Under the pieces are notes generated by a model, which was not told where the DNA came from, did no database searches, and saw only the letters and a program-made list of their open reading frames with translations. Source: Octopus bimaculoides (lineage: Eukaryota). From it: DNA of 64,000 nt. Location of the stretch: NCBI RefSeq assembly GCF_001194135.2, contig NC_068981.1, positions 191,130,323-191,194,322 on the forward strand. The letters are read 5' to 3'. A program made the position numbers and the translations under genes. Below, in pieces: positions 1 through 13,731 of the stretch; position 1 is the first letter of the stretch; each line of letters begins with the position of its first letter.

Positions 1-1656
1 CTCAAAGGGAAAAACTAAAATCTGTTTGGAAAGTTTCATATCATATTGCCTTATGAAAAGAAACAAATTTCTTAACTTTTGTATTAATATGAATTAGACA
101 TTTTAAAACTAGTTTCCTATAAACTATATTCAACTTTGTTTTCTTTAAATATTGTTTTTCATCCAACGCTGTTGTAAAAATAACTTCACAGAAATAGTTA
201 AGCTAATGCCAATTTACTAAATACAGTGAGCATCAAAAATATTATTAAAAATAGTTATGCAGCAAAGAAAAGACAGCATTTACTTTAGTGACTAATATTT
301 TAATCATTTCAGCAAGTACGACAGACATTATTTAGTCTTATTATATTTCATCATTCTTGTTGAAAGAGCTACTTGTACAATATTGAACATCTACTTTGTA
401 ATTTTATAATCACTTCTTTGGTAGTAGAGTGATGTCTTTGATTGGCTGAGGAAGTCACATAAGACTGAGACATACCCGGAGTTGTCTCCCATACTTATTG
501 AAATGATTACTCAATGAGCTAATGTTGTCTTTTCTTTCCACACAATTGTTAATCTTTTCATACTCACTTCATATGTTAACTTTAACTTAACTGTTGTCAT
601 TCATGCCGATGGCATCTCTGAGTAATAACCTTGGCAATTCATTCATTTATTTTTTTTTTTTACATGGATGCTTAGTGATAAACAACCTTGCACTACATAA
701 CAACAACAACTCTTATAATTTTATTGTTCTGTAGAAATTGTTCTTCTCTTTCACAGAAATACACCAGATAAAGAAAACAACCTTTATTAACTCTACTTTT
801 AGAGTGTTTTAGAAGGAGATATCTAATTAGAACTCAGATTAGTATGCCCCAAACATTTCCCCTTTACTTATTACAATAATCTGTTGCTTATTAACTACAG
901 TGATCTAACAAAATTAAATTGTTCCCTCGCCACAAAGTTATTCACAATTTTAAGCTTTTAAAATTTGCATTATTCTCTCACTTCAAATTTTGTAATTTAC
1001 TGTCAAATATTTCTTTTTTTCTTTTATCTGTTGTTAAGATTGGAGCAAAGGATTGTTTTGTGTTGGTATTGAAACTTAATTCTTAGAACATTAATACAGA
1101 TGGTCTTGTGTTTTTGTGAACTAACTGCATAAAAGACTTTTAAATCAACTCTCAGCCTTTAAAAATACTGACTGAATCTATTTTGAGATTGGCCATAGAT
1201 TAAATATTTAACAATAATTTTGTTTTTAGTTTATAGCTGTGCTAGACAGTATCTAAAGGCAAAATTTTCAACCAGTTATTGAGAAAGATAGAGAGAGCCA
1301 GCAGGGAAAGATTGGCGGAGAAATACTTTGTAAAATAGATTCTGAGCCATGACAAATATATTTAATTTCATCTTGTCAAATAAAGTTTGATTTTAAAACA
1401 GAAACAAAATAATTCGAAATTATAATGAAGCATTTTATTAGAGATATTTACATAGGAAAAATGAAAAACATATATTGATTTTGAAAACATGCTAAGAGTT
1501 AACATTATTAAAATAATGGATGGGAAATAAAAACAGAAAATGCTTCTATCATCATCATAATGAATAAATAATGAAAAGCAGGATGATTGAAATATGCAGT
1601 GGGAAGAGGTGTAAATATCTCCATTAATATCCTCAAAGTTCATTCACATAATCACA

Positions 1657-2050
1657 GGTAAGACTGTGTGGTTAAGAAGCTCATTTTACAACCAAGTGGT
1701 TTTGAGTTCAGTCCCACTATACGGTATCTTGAGCAAATGTCTTCTACTATAGCTCCAGGCTTACCAATGCCTTATGAGAATTTAGTTGATGGGAACAGTG
1801 AAGGAGCCCAGTGTGTGTACGTGTGTGGACATGTGTGTCTTTGAGTTTGCTCCCCTTCCCCATTTGCTGCACTTGACAACTGGTGTAGGTTTATCAATGT
1901 TTCCATAACTTAACGGTTTATCAAAGGAGACTGATAGAGTAAGTATCCAGCTTTCAAAAATAAGTACCAAGTCAATTTGTTCCACTGAAAACCCATGAAG
2001 GCAGTGCCCCAGCATGGCCACAAGACAACAACTGAAACAAGTAAAAAATA
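1657..2050 (+). mobile_element. tRNA-derived SINE family A (internal microsatellite)
   Basis: Head TGTGTGGTTAAGAAGC..GAGTTCAGTCCCACT (A/B-box-like), internal (GT)n, tail GCCCAGCATGGCCACA..ACTGAAACAAGTAAAA. Confidence 0.75.
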
Positions 2051-2126
2051 ATGATAAGACTTGTCTTTCAGCAATGGTTGTTGTCAGGCAACACAATTCC
2101 TCTCTTTAATTCTGTGATTTTCATAA

Positions 2127-2540
2127 GGGCAGGCATGGCTGGATGGTTAACAAACTTGCTTTGCAATCATGTGGTCTCAGGTTCAGTCCCACTGCATGAC
2201 ACTTTGGGCAAGCGTCTTCTACTATAGCCTTGGGCCGACCAAAGCCTTGTGAGTGGATTTGGTAGATAGAAACTGAAAGAAGCCTGTTGTATATATACAT
2301 GTGTATGTGTATATGTGAGTGTATGTATGTATTTGTGTGCCTGTTTGTCCACCACCATCACTTGACAACTGATGTTGGTGTGTTTACATCCCTGTAACCT
2401 AGCGGTTCAGAAAAAGAGACCAATAGAATAAGTACTAGGCTTATAAAGAATAAGTCCCAGGGTCAATTCATTCGACTAAAAGGTGGTGCTCCAGCATAGC
2501 TGCAGTCAAATGATTAAAACACGTAAAAGAAAGAAAGAAT
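2127..2540 (+). mobile_element. SINE family A, full length
   Basis: GCAGGCATGGCTGGATGG..CAGGTTCAGTCCCACTGC..GGCCGACCAAAGCCTTGTGAGTGGATTTGGTAG..GATAGAATAAGTACTAGGC-like block..GCTCCAGCAT. Confidence 0.85.
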
Positions 2541-3019
2541 AACCAAACCAACACCAACACAGAACAAGTAATATATCCTCAAATATCATTGTTCATTTAT
2601 CACAAACAAATGGAACAGAAATCTGTTACACTTATTCTGAAAGAAAACCTGGAAAAAAAATTGAACCATACAAAGCAGTTTCCATAGTTTAATGCTAAAT
2701 ACCAAAAATAGATCAATATGGAAAGTAATCTAGTTTATTTCAGTATCAAACTGATGTACTCTTTGATATTGTGAATAATACAACAGCCTGAAGATAAAAT
2801 TGTAATTCTTCAATGTATTTGTCAATGATTGTTGCAGAAATCACTTCCAGGAAAGATTAAACACAAAATAATGTTAACAAAATAATCTAATTCCAAAAAA
2901 TGCCTCAAAAATTTAGTTTAAATTAAATGAAATGACAATTACAGTAAGAACAATTGTTATTCTGAAACAAAATAATTTTTTTTTTATATTTCAATGTCTG
3001 AAGTTAAAACAAGTTTTAC

Positions 3020-3260
3020 CACAAAGAACAGTTTGTTAGTGTTGTTGATGTTTAACAATAAGTTGACTCTGATTGAGCAAACCTATGAAAGGCATTCCAG
3101 CTATGACCATCCTGTCTTTTACCCAGATATAGTGTATCCTACGCTATCTTTTTCATGTTTCTTCCTTTTTTTTTTTGTGGTGGAAGGACATTAAGGTGTG
3201 GTTTTAGAAAGATTTAGCTGCCATTTCTAACAGGATGACTGCTTATCTAGAAGCTCACTT
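3020..3260 (-). mobile_element. Short interspersed repeat family E ((AAC)n tail)
   Basis: CATTCCAGC(T/C)ATGACCATC block recurs at about 12580-12660, 20050-20215, 31370-31560, 48230-48460, 57485-57560 and 61040-61150. Confidence 0.6.
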
Positions 3261-3530
3261 GTCAGCTCTGAATGTAATATGATGACACACCTACTTCAAT
3301 GTTCTATATGAGACCAGCACTGTAATTGAAGATTCTCCCTAGTCTTTTATGGAAGATACTCAATATATAAGCAAATTAGCTGGATAGAAAATCTCTGTAA
3401 GAGATGAAAGCAGTAATGTTTATCGCCGCTCCAACATGGCTGTGCTGTAGGAACCAACATTACCATTTTAACCCCAGGAGAATTCCTCCTCCAGCTGGTT
3501 ATTTGATGCAGTTTGCACCCTATATATATA

Positions 3531-3660
3531 CAGGGTGATTCAAAAGTGGCCATACATAAGAACAATTTATTTTTTTGTAAGAAACAGTTTTTTTTTATTT
3601 AACTGTTTCTTATAAAAAAAATAAATTTTTCCTATGTTTGACGACTTTTGACTCACCCTG
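3531..3660. mobile_element. Tc1/mariner-type MITE, almost entirely palindromic, 130 bp
   Basis: TA|CAGGGTGATTCAAAAGT...ACTTTTGACTCACCCTG|TA inside (TA)n; arm complementarity continues to the centre. Confidence 0.85.
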
Positions 3661-4441
3661 TATATATATAATCTCCTATAATCTCCTACTTTACCAGATT
3701 AAGAAGTACTTTGAAGTAGTTGAATATATTTTCCCACCTCTGTGTCTAGAGACATGTCAGCTCACCCATAGACCCCAGATCTATCTTGGAGAACCATTGG
3801 TAAATATTCCACTAACATGAAATCTTTTGTTTTTAAACTTTTTTCTTTTCTATCATTTCTTTAGTGAACAGTCATTTACTTTGGTGACAACTGGCTCCCA
3901 TGCTGGTGGTGCATAAAAGGCACCATCCGAATGTGGCTGATGCCAGTACCCCCTGACTGGCTCCCATGCCAGTGGCATGTAAAAAGTACTATCCGAACAT
4001 GATCAATACGAGGTGTGCCTGACTGGCTCCTGTGCCGGTGGCATGTAAAAGCACCCACTACATTCTATATATGTATATATATTCTATATATATATATAGG
4101 TACATTGATGCAAACAGGAAAAATAGAATCAAAATATGAGTATATGTATGTTTTTATTATATTTAGCAGAAGTAGCAGAGCGACTCAATGTCCAAGAGTT
4201 TCATGTGTTGGTACTTATCAAACTAAGTGCCAACACATGAAATTCTCTGACCTTGAGTTACTCTGTTACTTCTGCTAAATATTAATATATATGTATGTTT
4301 GTGTTCCTTATGAAGCACATCTCCAAAATTGTATGTAGATGTTATGTTTGCATGAGACATGCATAAGATTTGAAAAATACTGGAAACTAATTTTCACAGA
4401 GAAATTACATTTCAAAACAGAATATACAAAAATGTTTTTAG

Positions 4442-4684
4442 TATTATTTATTCACCGTTACACATGTTCCATTTGCTCATAGGAGTTACAGAACTGTACA
4501 TGTAGGAAAAGCATGTAAGACATCTCCTATAAGAAATTCTTCTGACAGTGAATTCAATAATATTGTTATTTTATTTCCTATCTGAAGAATTTCTAATAGG
4601 AGATATCTTACATGTTTTTCCTACATGTACAAGTCTGTAACTCCTATTGTCAAATGAAACACATGTAATGGTGAATAGATAATA
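4442..4684. repeat. Fold-back element/MITE with about 104-bp inverted arms
   Basis: 4442-4545 is about 85 percent complementary to 4581-4684, with a roughly 35-nt spacer and TA at both ends. Confidence 0.85.
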
Positions 4685-7279
4685 CCAATATCCTATTTCG
4701 ATACATGCTAGTTGTACTTATTCCAACGTTCATTGCTATCTGAAGAAGGGAAACCTGAATCTTGGAGTAATGAATGATTAGTTGATCACTGAATGTAAGT
4801 AACGGAGATAGTTGAATACCGAGGTTTACACATATAAGAAAACGATAGTTCTGGAGTGGTAAATCAGTGAGAAAAACAGACAGATGACTGGTTAATGCTT
4901 GCTAGTTAACCTCTGGGTTACTGATAAATCACACTGTAGAAATGTTGTGTATTGTGGCTTGATTAAATATTAAACAGCATTTGTTGAAGAAAGTAGAGTG
5001 AGCAGAACAAACAAGAGTTTGATAGGAACATATATTGTAAGTTGTCAAATTTAAGATTAGCAAAATGTGAGTTAATTACAGTGAAAATAAATTTTAATTT
5101 AAGAGAAAGAATCTTTATAATTGGCAAAGTAAGAAAAGTGCTATTTAAAGAATTTTAATAGGTGTCTGGTAAAAGCCAAGACACTTCAGTTATCAGTTAT
5201 AAACAACGAATTGGAAAGATTACTTTCTTAGTTTAGATATTAGAAGAGATTGAAGGAGGAGTCAAGAGTGTTTGGATATTTCAAAAGACACAAACTAACT
5301 GAGAGTCACTGTGATTACTGTGGGTAACTAGATTAAAACTTTACTGTTAGAAACAAATACTAGAATCTGTAATGTTTTCTATAAAGATTAAATGAATATT
5401 AGTTTAAAACTCAGAAAAGCGTAAAGATACATGCATATGTACATGGAGATTCACACACACATGTTTGTGTGATGACTACAATTCCATCTCAAGCAATGCA
5501 ACTGCCTGATTGTTCTCTTAAGCATGAGCAACATGGATGTGGATTTTCAGTTCTGCTAGACTGACTGACCAACTTACTTTTGCATAAATGTGGCAGTGAT
5601 GGGTGCCTCTTGCAGCAGACGTTCAGAGAGCTTACCACCCATGCTGACACATGCCTTCATTCAATCCAAGAATTTTTCATTGAGTGTTTTGTCTTTTTCA
5701 GCTACAGCCATCTACAGTATGCAACACAAAATAGAAATGTAAAATGAATCAAGTGAGGCCCGAAGTTGAAACTTTTTTAAAAGAGAGGAAAGGCTTTATA
5801 CAGGACCAATTCTTCACACTACACAATGTATGCATTTGTCTCAAAGAAGATTTAGTCAACATCATTGAATGGAAACCAAAATGTTACATCACTGTTTTCG
5901 TTCTGTTAAAGAAATGTCCAAACAAAGATTAGGGGTCTCTTACTCCCAGCTGTTGAATGACTCGACTTCAATGAGTCCATCCACCTTTCAGCAGGTTTTT
6001 GTTTCTTGTCCTGCAGAGTATTCAATATGCATACATATATGCATATTTTCATAACCAGCAGGTTGATAGTGTAAAAACAATTGTATTTGGTTGTCTGCAA
6101 ATATGAAAAATAATAATACGTTTAACCCATAAAGTGCTGGGATTTGCACTTACATAGCATGGACTGCTGAGCACCTTTTATGAAAATGAGACTACCATGC
6201 ACACATAAAAAACAAAAAATGGTTAAAATATCTTCTTAGTATATAATGGCGGCAAGTTTTACATCATCTGAAAAGTCATTAGTTGAACTATTAGTCCTCT
6301 TGCATTCTGGGGGGTATTGGAGCATTTGAGTGACATTAGACCCCAACAAACGCCCATAAATTAAATGCATTTATCTGGGCCACGATCATGGGCTGTCATG
6401 CTTTATGTGTTAAGAATATGTATATTAATGAAATAACTGTTGAACACACTGTCTGAGTTATATGTGTAATTTATGCTTTACTCCTAAAGACATTTATGAT
6501 TTACTCATAAAGACATTTTTAGTTGATTTTAGCAAGTTGGTCTTAGATTTTCTCCAATGTCATAATACATCACAGTTTCATGACTTGTTTGCTAATTGAG
6601 CTTTTAATTACCATGGATGTATTTGTTTTTATGTTTATACTTAAGTTTTCTTTATGGGTAACATGAAAACTATTAGAGGGTGAGTGGTGATGAATGGTGG
6701 CAGTGGTGGTGGTTCTAAGTTTGTGTGTGTATGTTTATAAATATGCACACACATACAAGTTTGGAGAAGGTTCAGAAGTCAGAAAAATGAGCCCACTCAA
6801 CAGAAGGTAATACAGTGGGTATATTAATTGATACAGAATTATAATTTTAGAACCATCTGTAGCTAGTGTCAGCTAACAGCTCTGTGGGTAATTAGCCAAT
6901 TAAATCCAAGGGACATAACTCTGGAAGCATTTGTGTTGTATATTTTTGCATGTCGGTGTCAAATATTTTGTTATTTTACTACTACTACTGTCAAAGGTCC
7001 TTTGGTTTTTCGGTCAAATGTCTTCTTTTTGTACCTTCAGTGCAAAAGAACCCAGGTTATATTCTTCCAGCCAACTAAGTCTGATGAGTATCTGAGGATT
7101 TCTTCTGTTTGAGAAGACTAATTATACATACAAAAGTGTTTGGTAACACTTTGTCCATAAAAGGTTCTTAATTTATAATATTGTATTAATTGTATGCACA
7201 CGTACATGCATATTTACATATACATATATATATATAATATACACACAAGCACATAATGTGTGAGCGTGTGTGTGTGTGC

Positions 7280-7560
7280 CTCACAGTAGCAACCAGAATA
7301 TTGGATGTTATACATCGCTGGCCACAATACATTTCACATCGTTTTAGCTTTCAAATGATGCCACCTCACTGGTGAGGTAAGCAGACCAACATTCCCCCTG
7401 ACCGGAAGACTATTCTGTCAAAGGGTGACCCTTTTACAGCTGAGTGGACTGGAGCAGTGTGAAATGATGTGTTTTGCTCGAGAACATAATGCCCTGCCCA
7501 GGCCAGGAATCAAACTCATGATCTAGCAATTGTGAGTGCAATACCCTAACCATTAGGTGG
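7280..7560 (-). mobile_element. tRNA-headed SINE family D with a conserved central domain (CORE/Meta-like)
   Basis: Minus strand CCTAATGGTTAGGGTATTG..GAGTTTGATTCCTGG..TTATGTTCTCGAGCAAAACAC..CTGCTCCAGTCCACTCAGCTG. Related pieces at about 23230-23440, 41760-41945 and 52740-52850. Superfamily assignment is from memory only. Confidence 0.6.
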
Positions 7561-7989
7561 TGTGTGTGTGTGTGTGTGTTGTTTGAATTGCAGAAGTTCA
7601 GTGAAAGTATCTCATTACCAATAAATTATTTATTGCTTATAGGGAGAAAGAGAGGGAGAGAGAATGGATGCAAACATGCCTATATGGTGTTTCATATTTG
7701 AAAGACCGATTTGAAATAAAACAAAGTGTGAAGGTGAGTGAGACTTAAGATCAATGGACGAAGGTTGCTGTTAATGCAGTGTAGCCAGTGCAAATAGCTG
7801 GAGTAGGGTCTCTATCTCTCTCTCCTTCTTTTTCTCTCTCCCTTTTTCTAGTTGATGAATAATCAGAAATACAGTTGTGCTAGATTCCATGGAGTAGGTG
7901 ACAGTATAAGCTGTGATGACCTGAAGATCAAGGTTTGCCAGGAGAAATGGAGAAGTTTTCTTATTAATGTGAAAGAAGGTGGTAATAAA

Positions 7990-8470
7990 AGTAAATATCA
8001 AAGTTATAAAGAAATGAATTTGTTGTTGGTGGTGGGGTTGGGTCTTTCTTTGATGAGAGAGAGTGAGAGATGGCGAAAGATAGAGACATGAAGTGGAAGA
8101 GAGAGAGAGAGAAATGAGAGAGGGAAGAGACAGAGAGCACAAGTGGTGAAGGAGGAGAATAGAGGTAGTGAGAGAGAGAAAGAGAGGGAGATGAAGGGTG
8201 AAAGACAGGGAGAGATATGAAGTAGAGGAGAATGAGAGAAACAAAGCAGGCAGAGATAGAAAGCATAAGGGATGAAGGATGAGTGATAGAGAAGGTAAAG
8301 AGAGAGAGAGAGAGAGAGAGAGAGAAGAAAAAAAAGGAGAGATATAAAGAGTGAAAGACAGAAAAAGCACAAGTGGTGAAGGGGGAGGGATAGAGAATGT
8401 AAGAGATTACAGGGAGAGAGAGCAGAATGAGATGAAAGAGGAGAGATAGAGGTAAATTGCTAGAAAAGAT
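7990..8470. repeat. (GA)-rich low-complexity tract with a degenerate internal duplication
   Basis: Polypurine tract; GCACAAGTGGTGAAGG occurs at about 8136 and 8368. Confidence 0.85.
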
Positions 8471-9087
8471 GAAAGTAGTATGTTCACTAATAATTCATCT
8501 CTTGGAAACCATAGACAGACATCATTCTGAATCAAATGAGTGAACTTTTTATTTTTTTTCCTTTCCCTTTCGTTTTTTTTTTTTTTTTTTCTTCTACAGA
8601 ATTAAACGAAATGTTGGAATCTTTATGATATTTAATAAACAATCCCCCACAAATCAATGTATTCAAAACAAAAGCACATGTGCAACTGAAGAACTGTCGT
8701 TGATAAATAGATTCTAAAAACAACATAAGTAGAAGATAGGAGATAATAACAGATGGTGTAAGGAGGAGACTAACGACTAAGTTAAGATCAACTGAAGAGC
8801 ACTTTGCTTTTAAGTACAGTTCTTTATCTCACAATGATCTCATAAACTGATTTTTGTTTTAATTGTGTTTAACATACGCAGTTTGATAGAGAACTTGTTT
8901 GTGGTAACTTATGAAACAAGCATTGTGTATTATTTATAAAACTCATTAAGGAAACCAGTCAACAATTGGGTAAGAATGTTTGTTGTTTTGTCATTAGAGT
9001 AAGTTATTGCAAAATATGTATTTGGGTATATACATGTATGGGTATATAACACAGACATAAATAGATCATACATACCATCATCATCAT

Positions 9088-9310
9088 TTAAACCATTAGC
9101 ATTAATATTACTCTTTCAAATGCTTATTTATTCACATTGTTTTGAATTAATTATAAATTATCTTGTAGCTTCAAGTGTTTGATGATATGATTATTTGGTT
9201 TTAGAATGATATTGTAGAGTAGGTGTGCAGAACCAGGTTTGGCCAATTGAACATTAAGTGGGTAGAATATTTGGGGCTGTATATGGCTGGTTTAAATGCT
9301 AAAGGGTTAA
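9088..9310. mobile_element. piggyBac-like MITE
   Basis: TTAA-ACCATTAGCATT ... AATGCTAAAGGG-TTAA termini. Confidence 0.7.
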
Positions 9311-9900
9311 CTTCTGTCTTCCATACTGGCATGGGTTGGATGGTTTGACAGGAACTGCTAAACCAGAAGACTGCACGCTAGCTCTACTGTCTGCTTTGGC
9401 ATGGCTTCTACAGTTGGATGCCCTCCCTAATGCCAACCGCTTTACAGAGTGTAATGGGTACCATTTATGTGGCACCAGCACTGACAGGGTCACCAAATGC
9501 ATTGCAAGACAAAGATCTCAACTGAGAGTGGAAGTGGTATTGAGTGGGGTGGTTTTGTTCCAGGTGATATGAGGTTAAACTATGATAAAGGGACAGAAAT
9601 AGGTGTCTTGTTGTGGAGGTTGCCTCAGTCAGAGGGAGAGAGACAGAGAAGAAGCAGGACAGATGTTGGCAATGAATGTGCCAGGGCGTGTTCTCAAGGT
9701 GCAAGGAGGTCAGTGTTAGTGGAGAGGTAGAGGATCGCAAAGAGTGTGTGAGCAGGGAGTTCACAAGCATGCAAAGGGGGGAGGAGCTGCAGGAATGGTG
9801 GGGGAGAGACAAGCATGGTGCAGGAAGAAGTTATGTTGTTTGGTTAATTGGGCTAGTGGGGTTGGGAGGGGTGAATTAACGTCAGTTCCAGAACTCAGTT
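9311..9900 (-). mobile_element. Non-LTR element 3' fragment (RTE-like tail plus purine-rich body)
   Basis: Tail motif CTTCCATACTGGCATGGGTTGGATGG..CAGTTGGATGCCCTCCCTAATGCCAACC; the body is homologous to 29320-29450 (TTGCAAGACAAAG..CTCAACTGAG..GGGACAGAAATAGGTGT). Confidence 0.65.
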
Positions 9901-11244
9901 TCACTTGGGTAGGCAAATCGTGACTTGCAACAATCAAACTTGTTGAGTTTACTGATCTTGGAATGGGGGATTCACTATAAGCGCAAGGCCTGAAATTTGT
10001 AAGAGGGGATTAGTCGATTACTTTGACCCCAGTGCTTCACTGGTAATTGTTTTTTATCAACACCAAAAGGATAAAGGGCGGTTTCACATTTTGGCACAAA
10101 GCTACTAATTTTGTGGGAGGAATAAGTTGATTACATCAACCCCAGTGTTCAACTGGTACTTATTTTATCAACCCTGAAAGAATGAAAGGCAAAGTTGACC
10201 TCTGTGGAATTTGAACATAAGGACGAACGAAATGCTGCTAAGCATTTTGCCCAACGTCCAAATAATTCTGCCAGCTCACTGCTTTAATAATAATAATAAT
10301 AATCTTCACTAGTCATAGGGGCTCAAAGAGATACAGAAAATGCAAAGCACCATTAACTCAAGTGTTTACAAATGAAAATATGTGGAGTAGAGACAAATAA
10401 GTTAGACAAAGGTAACAGTGAAAAAAGCACAATAAAATACACAATAATTAAAATAAAACATAATTAAAAGGAAATAAACATGAAAAATTACTTGCTAGGT
10501 CAGATTAGTAGAAGCCATTACATCACTGCCTACTTGCCATTGTTTGTATTGTTGTCTTGAGCACACAAAAACATTGATTAACATTTCTTTTTTTAATCTG
10601 TTAATCTTAAAAAAAAAAGAAAACACCACCATTTTTTGAATAGGACTGTTTTAGTTTGTTATGATACCTTATTCATAAACATTGTTTCTCGTTTCCTTTA
10701 TTCCAAACCTAGCTGCACCTGTGCTATTTTTACTTCATCACAATATTCATGCTACCACAGATGTGTGATTTTTATCTATAAGTTGTCTATTTTATTTTCA
10801 AAGGACAGCGAATATTCATTCTTTGTTCGTCCTCATCTTTGTTTTTATGTTTCTGAAAAGGGACATATTTATTGTTTTGTGGAAGTTGTTCTTCCTTTAA
10901 TAAATTTTATGTAAGCTTTATTTATTTTTGCTTAGATTTTCTTTTTCTTTTTTACCTCTTTGTGCTTGAACTGTTTCCTGAGCAACCATTATTTCTCCTT
11001 CATCACATGAAGATGAAGTGTTAGTACTGATTGTTAAGGCACCAGGTGTTTGCTTGCTTACCTATGAGATTGGTTACAAAGCAATTTCTTCTGCCATTTC
11101 CAGTGTTTTAACTGATGGTGCTCTGCAATCTGGAGTTTGTTGTTCCTTTTACTGGTCTTCATTGCTTTTGTTTCTCATTTTCTTGCCTGGTTTTTCCAAT
11201 TCTTCAGGCTGAATGGATCTGTAGTGACGCATAGTTCTAGACGC

Positions 11245-11444
11245 CATGCTGGAACATTCATCTGCACATCGAACAAATTGATGCCAGGACTTATTCTTTG
11301 TAAACCTAGTACTTATTCTATCAGTCATTTTTGCCGAACCAAGTTACGGGGACATAAACACACCAACATCGATTGTCAAGTGATGGTGGGGAGACAAACA
11401 CAGACACACAAATACATACATACATGCATACATACATACATACA

Positions 11445-11480
<36 letters not shown>

Positions 11481-11648
11481 TATACAACAGTCTTCTTTCA
11501 GTTTCCATCTACCAAATCCACTCACAAGGCTTTGGTCAGCCTGAGGCTATAGTAGAAGATACTTGCCCAAGGTGTCATGCAATGGGACTGAACCCAGAAC
11601 CATGTGGTTCGAAAGCAAGCTTCTTACCACACAGCCTCTCCTGCACCT
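11245..11648 (-). mobile_element. SINE family A with internal (ACAT)n
   Basis: Reverse complement of the family A head, body and tail. Confidence 0.85.
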
Positions 11649-12710
11649 AGAAGGTGATGATGCCTGACTAAGTTACCACACATTGGAACTGAACCTGAAA
11701 CCATGCAGTTAGCAAGTGAACTTCTTAACCATACAGCCATGTTTGCACCATACTTGTCTTTCACAAAATTAGTACCACAAAAACTATACTTTCACGAAAC
11801 TAGTACCATCGGCATTGTATAATGTTAATATCACAAATAGTTGTTACAGATTACTTGTATTGATACTGTCCTTCAGCAAAATTAAGGAAACAAATTCTTG
11901 CTATTGCAAAATCAATTTTGTAAAATAATTTAGATGTTTGTCAGCATAAACTTTGCGTTTGATCTATAAAGAGGGAATGTTTCCCTATAACACAATAAAA
12001 ACTTGATATCTCATTTCAAGATATTAGCTTAAAGAACATAATCAATTTTCATGATAATTTGTTTTTGCCTGAACTTCATTTCTTAAACATTCATTCTCTT
12101 GAACTGGCAGAATCAGTAGAGCATCAAAAAGATTTGTTCTGGTGCTTTAAGTGCCAAGTTCAAATCACGCCAAGGTCATATTTGCCCTTCATTCTTTTAG
12201 GGTTGATAAAGTAAAGTTCCGGTTAAGTATTGGGGTCTGTGATATCACTTTACCCTTCCCCTCAAAATTACTGGCCTTCTACCTAAGTCATAAACCTTTA
12301 TATTTAAGGATTTGATGGTAGTGATTATTTATTTCACACATACCTCTTCATCCCTTCCTTGATGCCCTACTGCCAGTTTTGGTCTTCGTCACAGACCCTG
12401 AGTCATAAATGTTTCATTAGCTGCTCTGTCTAGATTGTAATTGGCTGTAATTTTGTGGTTGAAAAATAAATGAACTCTCTTCCATATGACTCATTAACTG
12501 ATTATGATTGATCGTTTGTTGTTTCTCAATTAGTGTCTAAGTTGATCATTAGGAAAAGTTTATAAGAAATGTTTTGTTGTTGTTGTTTAGCCCCAGGTCA
12601 GTTCTGATCAAGCACATCTATAATCAAAGACTTCTATCCATGACTGTCCAATCTTATATTCAGACATAGTTTTAGGAACTATTTCTAACAAGTCAGGCAG
12701 CAACATAGAG

Positions 12711-12886
12711 CAATGGTTCTCAACCACAGATCCCAGCATGCTTCCAGTGGCCCTTGATGGTCTTCCCTCCATAAATACAATACATTTTTCTTTAATTGAC
12801 TTGTGTGTTACTTTTTTTTATGCAGCCCCCTAAAAATATTCAGGTTTTGGATCCAGCCCAGCTATTAAAAAGGTAGAGAACAATTG
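12711..12886 (+). mobile_element. hAT (Charlie/MER5-like) MITE
   Basis: TIRs CAATGGTTCTCAAC / GTAGAGAACAATTG; 8-bp TSD ACATAGAG / AAATAGAG. Confidence 0.8.
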
Positions 12887-13532
12887 AAATAGAGATTTTC
12901 AAATTGGCTTCCAGGTATGGGTTAGAAAGGTATATTTATCTCTCCACCCTGAAGATGGAGGCTGCATTTATCCGATGTTTATATGCTTCCACTACTGGTT
13001 GCATATTTTTGTGAACTACATCTGCTAACATTATGAAGTAACTCTGAGCCCCCAGAAACAGCTATCAGGCTTGTAACATCATACTTTCTCCCCTTTATGT
13101 TTCTGTGTTCTTGTACTCTGTGTAAATTTGTTTTGTTAATATATGAATATCTATACATTTATATATATGAATATTCATCATCTGAAAATTGTAAGTCTCT
13201 GCTTTTTCTCTGTTTACATGTATACATTTATGTATATTTTCTATATCTAACCCATATCTGCACACCTGGATTCCTCTTATAGCCACTCTTTACTAAATAA
13301 AGACACACACACACACACTAATTAACCAGCTAGTTGACTAATAATAAAAGAAGTGAAAGAGAATCAGGGTGTGTTTATTATTAGCATAATGACCTTTCCA
13401 GTTTCACATCAAGAATTTTCCAAAGCAAATACAAAAATTCAATAGTAATTAAAAATATCTAATTTATTGTATTTTAGCTAAAATTTTGTATTGATAACCT
13501 CATTATTTTATATTTGTTTTTCTTTATTGTAG

Positions 13533-13731
13533 ATGCATTTTATCCCAACAACAATCTAAAGTATTTAAAGGAAGAAGTAAACTGATTGGGTACCCCCCTG
13601 CAACTTGCACATACCAGCTTTCTAACCTCAGTCCTTAACTGTGGTGATATATAAGACAAACATCAAGATGCTGTCTTTAAATTTACAATATCCAAGCTGG
13701 TCATATATTACTTTATAAATAGTGGACCAAG
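13533..13731 (+). other. Candidate non-coding (UTR/lncRNA) exon
   Basis: Strong acceptor tatttgtttttctttattgtag| and donor CAAG|gtaagt; stops in all three frames. Confidence 0.35.

Larger units (their letters stand above)
5578..12444 (-). pseudogene. Series of exon-like segments with in-frame stops (possible decayed spliced gene)
   Basis: GT-AG bounded, purine-rich segments at 12344-12444, 10956-11218, 10668-10852, 7035-7117, 6154-6191, 5944-6094 and 5578-5711. Their best frames look coding (G-rich first, AT-rich third position) but contain 0-5 stops each. Frames were chosen by eye. Confidence 0.35.

Noticed and set aside
7771-8372. 199-aa Leu/Ser-rich minus-strand ORF resembling a membrane protein
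   Set aside because: It is the translation of a CT-rich low-complexity strand; overlapping frames are equally open.
5578-12444. Every stop in the minus-strand exon chain reverts to Gln/Arg by T-to-C, suggesting U-to-C editing
   Set aside because: This is trivially true of any stop codon (TAA/TAG/TGA to CAA/CAG/CGA), so it is not evidence.
5578-12444. Multi-selenocysteine protein explanation for the single in-frame TGAs
   Set aside because: The contexts lack redox motifs, neighbouring segments contain TAA/TAG, I saw no SECIS, and CpG decay explains TGA more simply.
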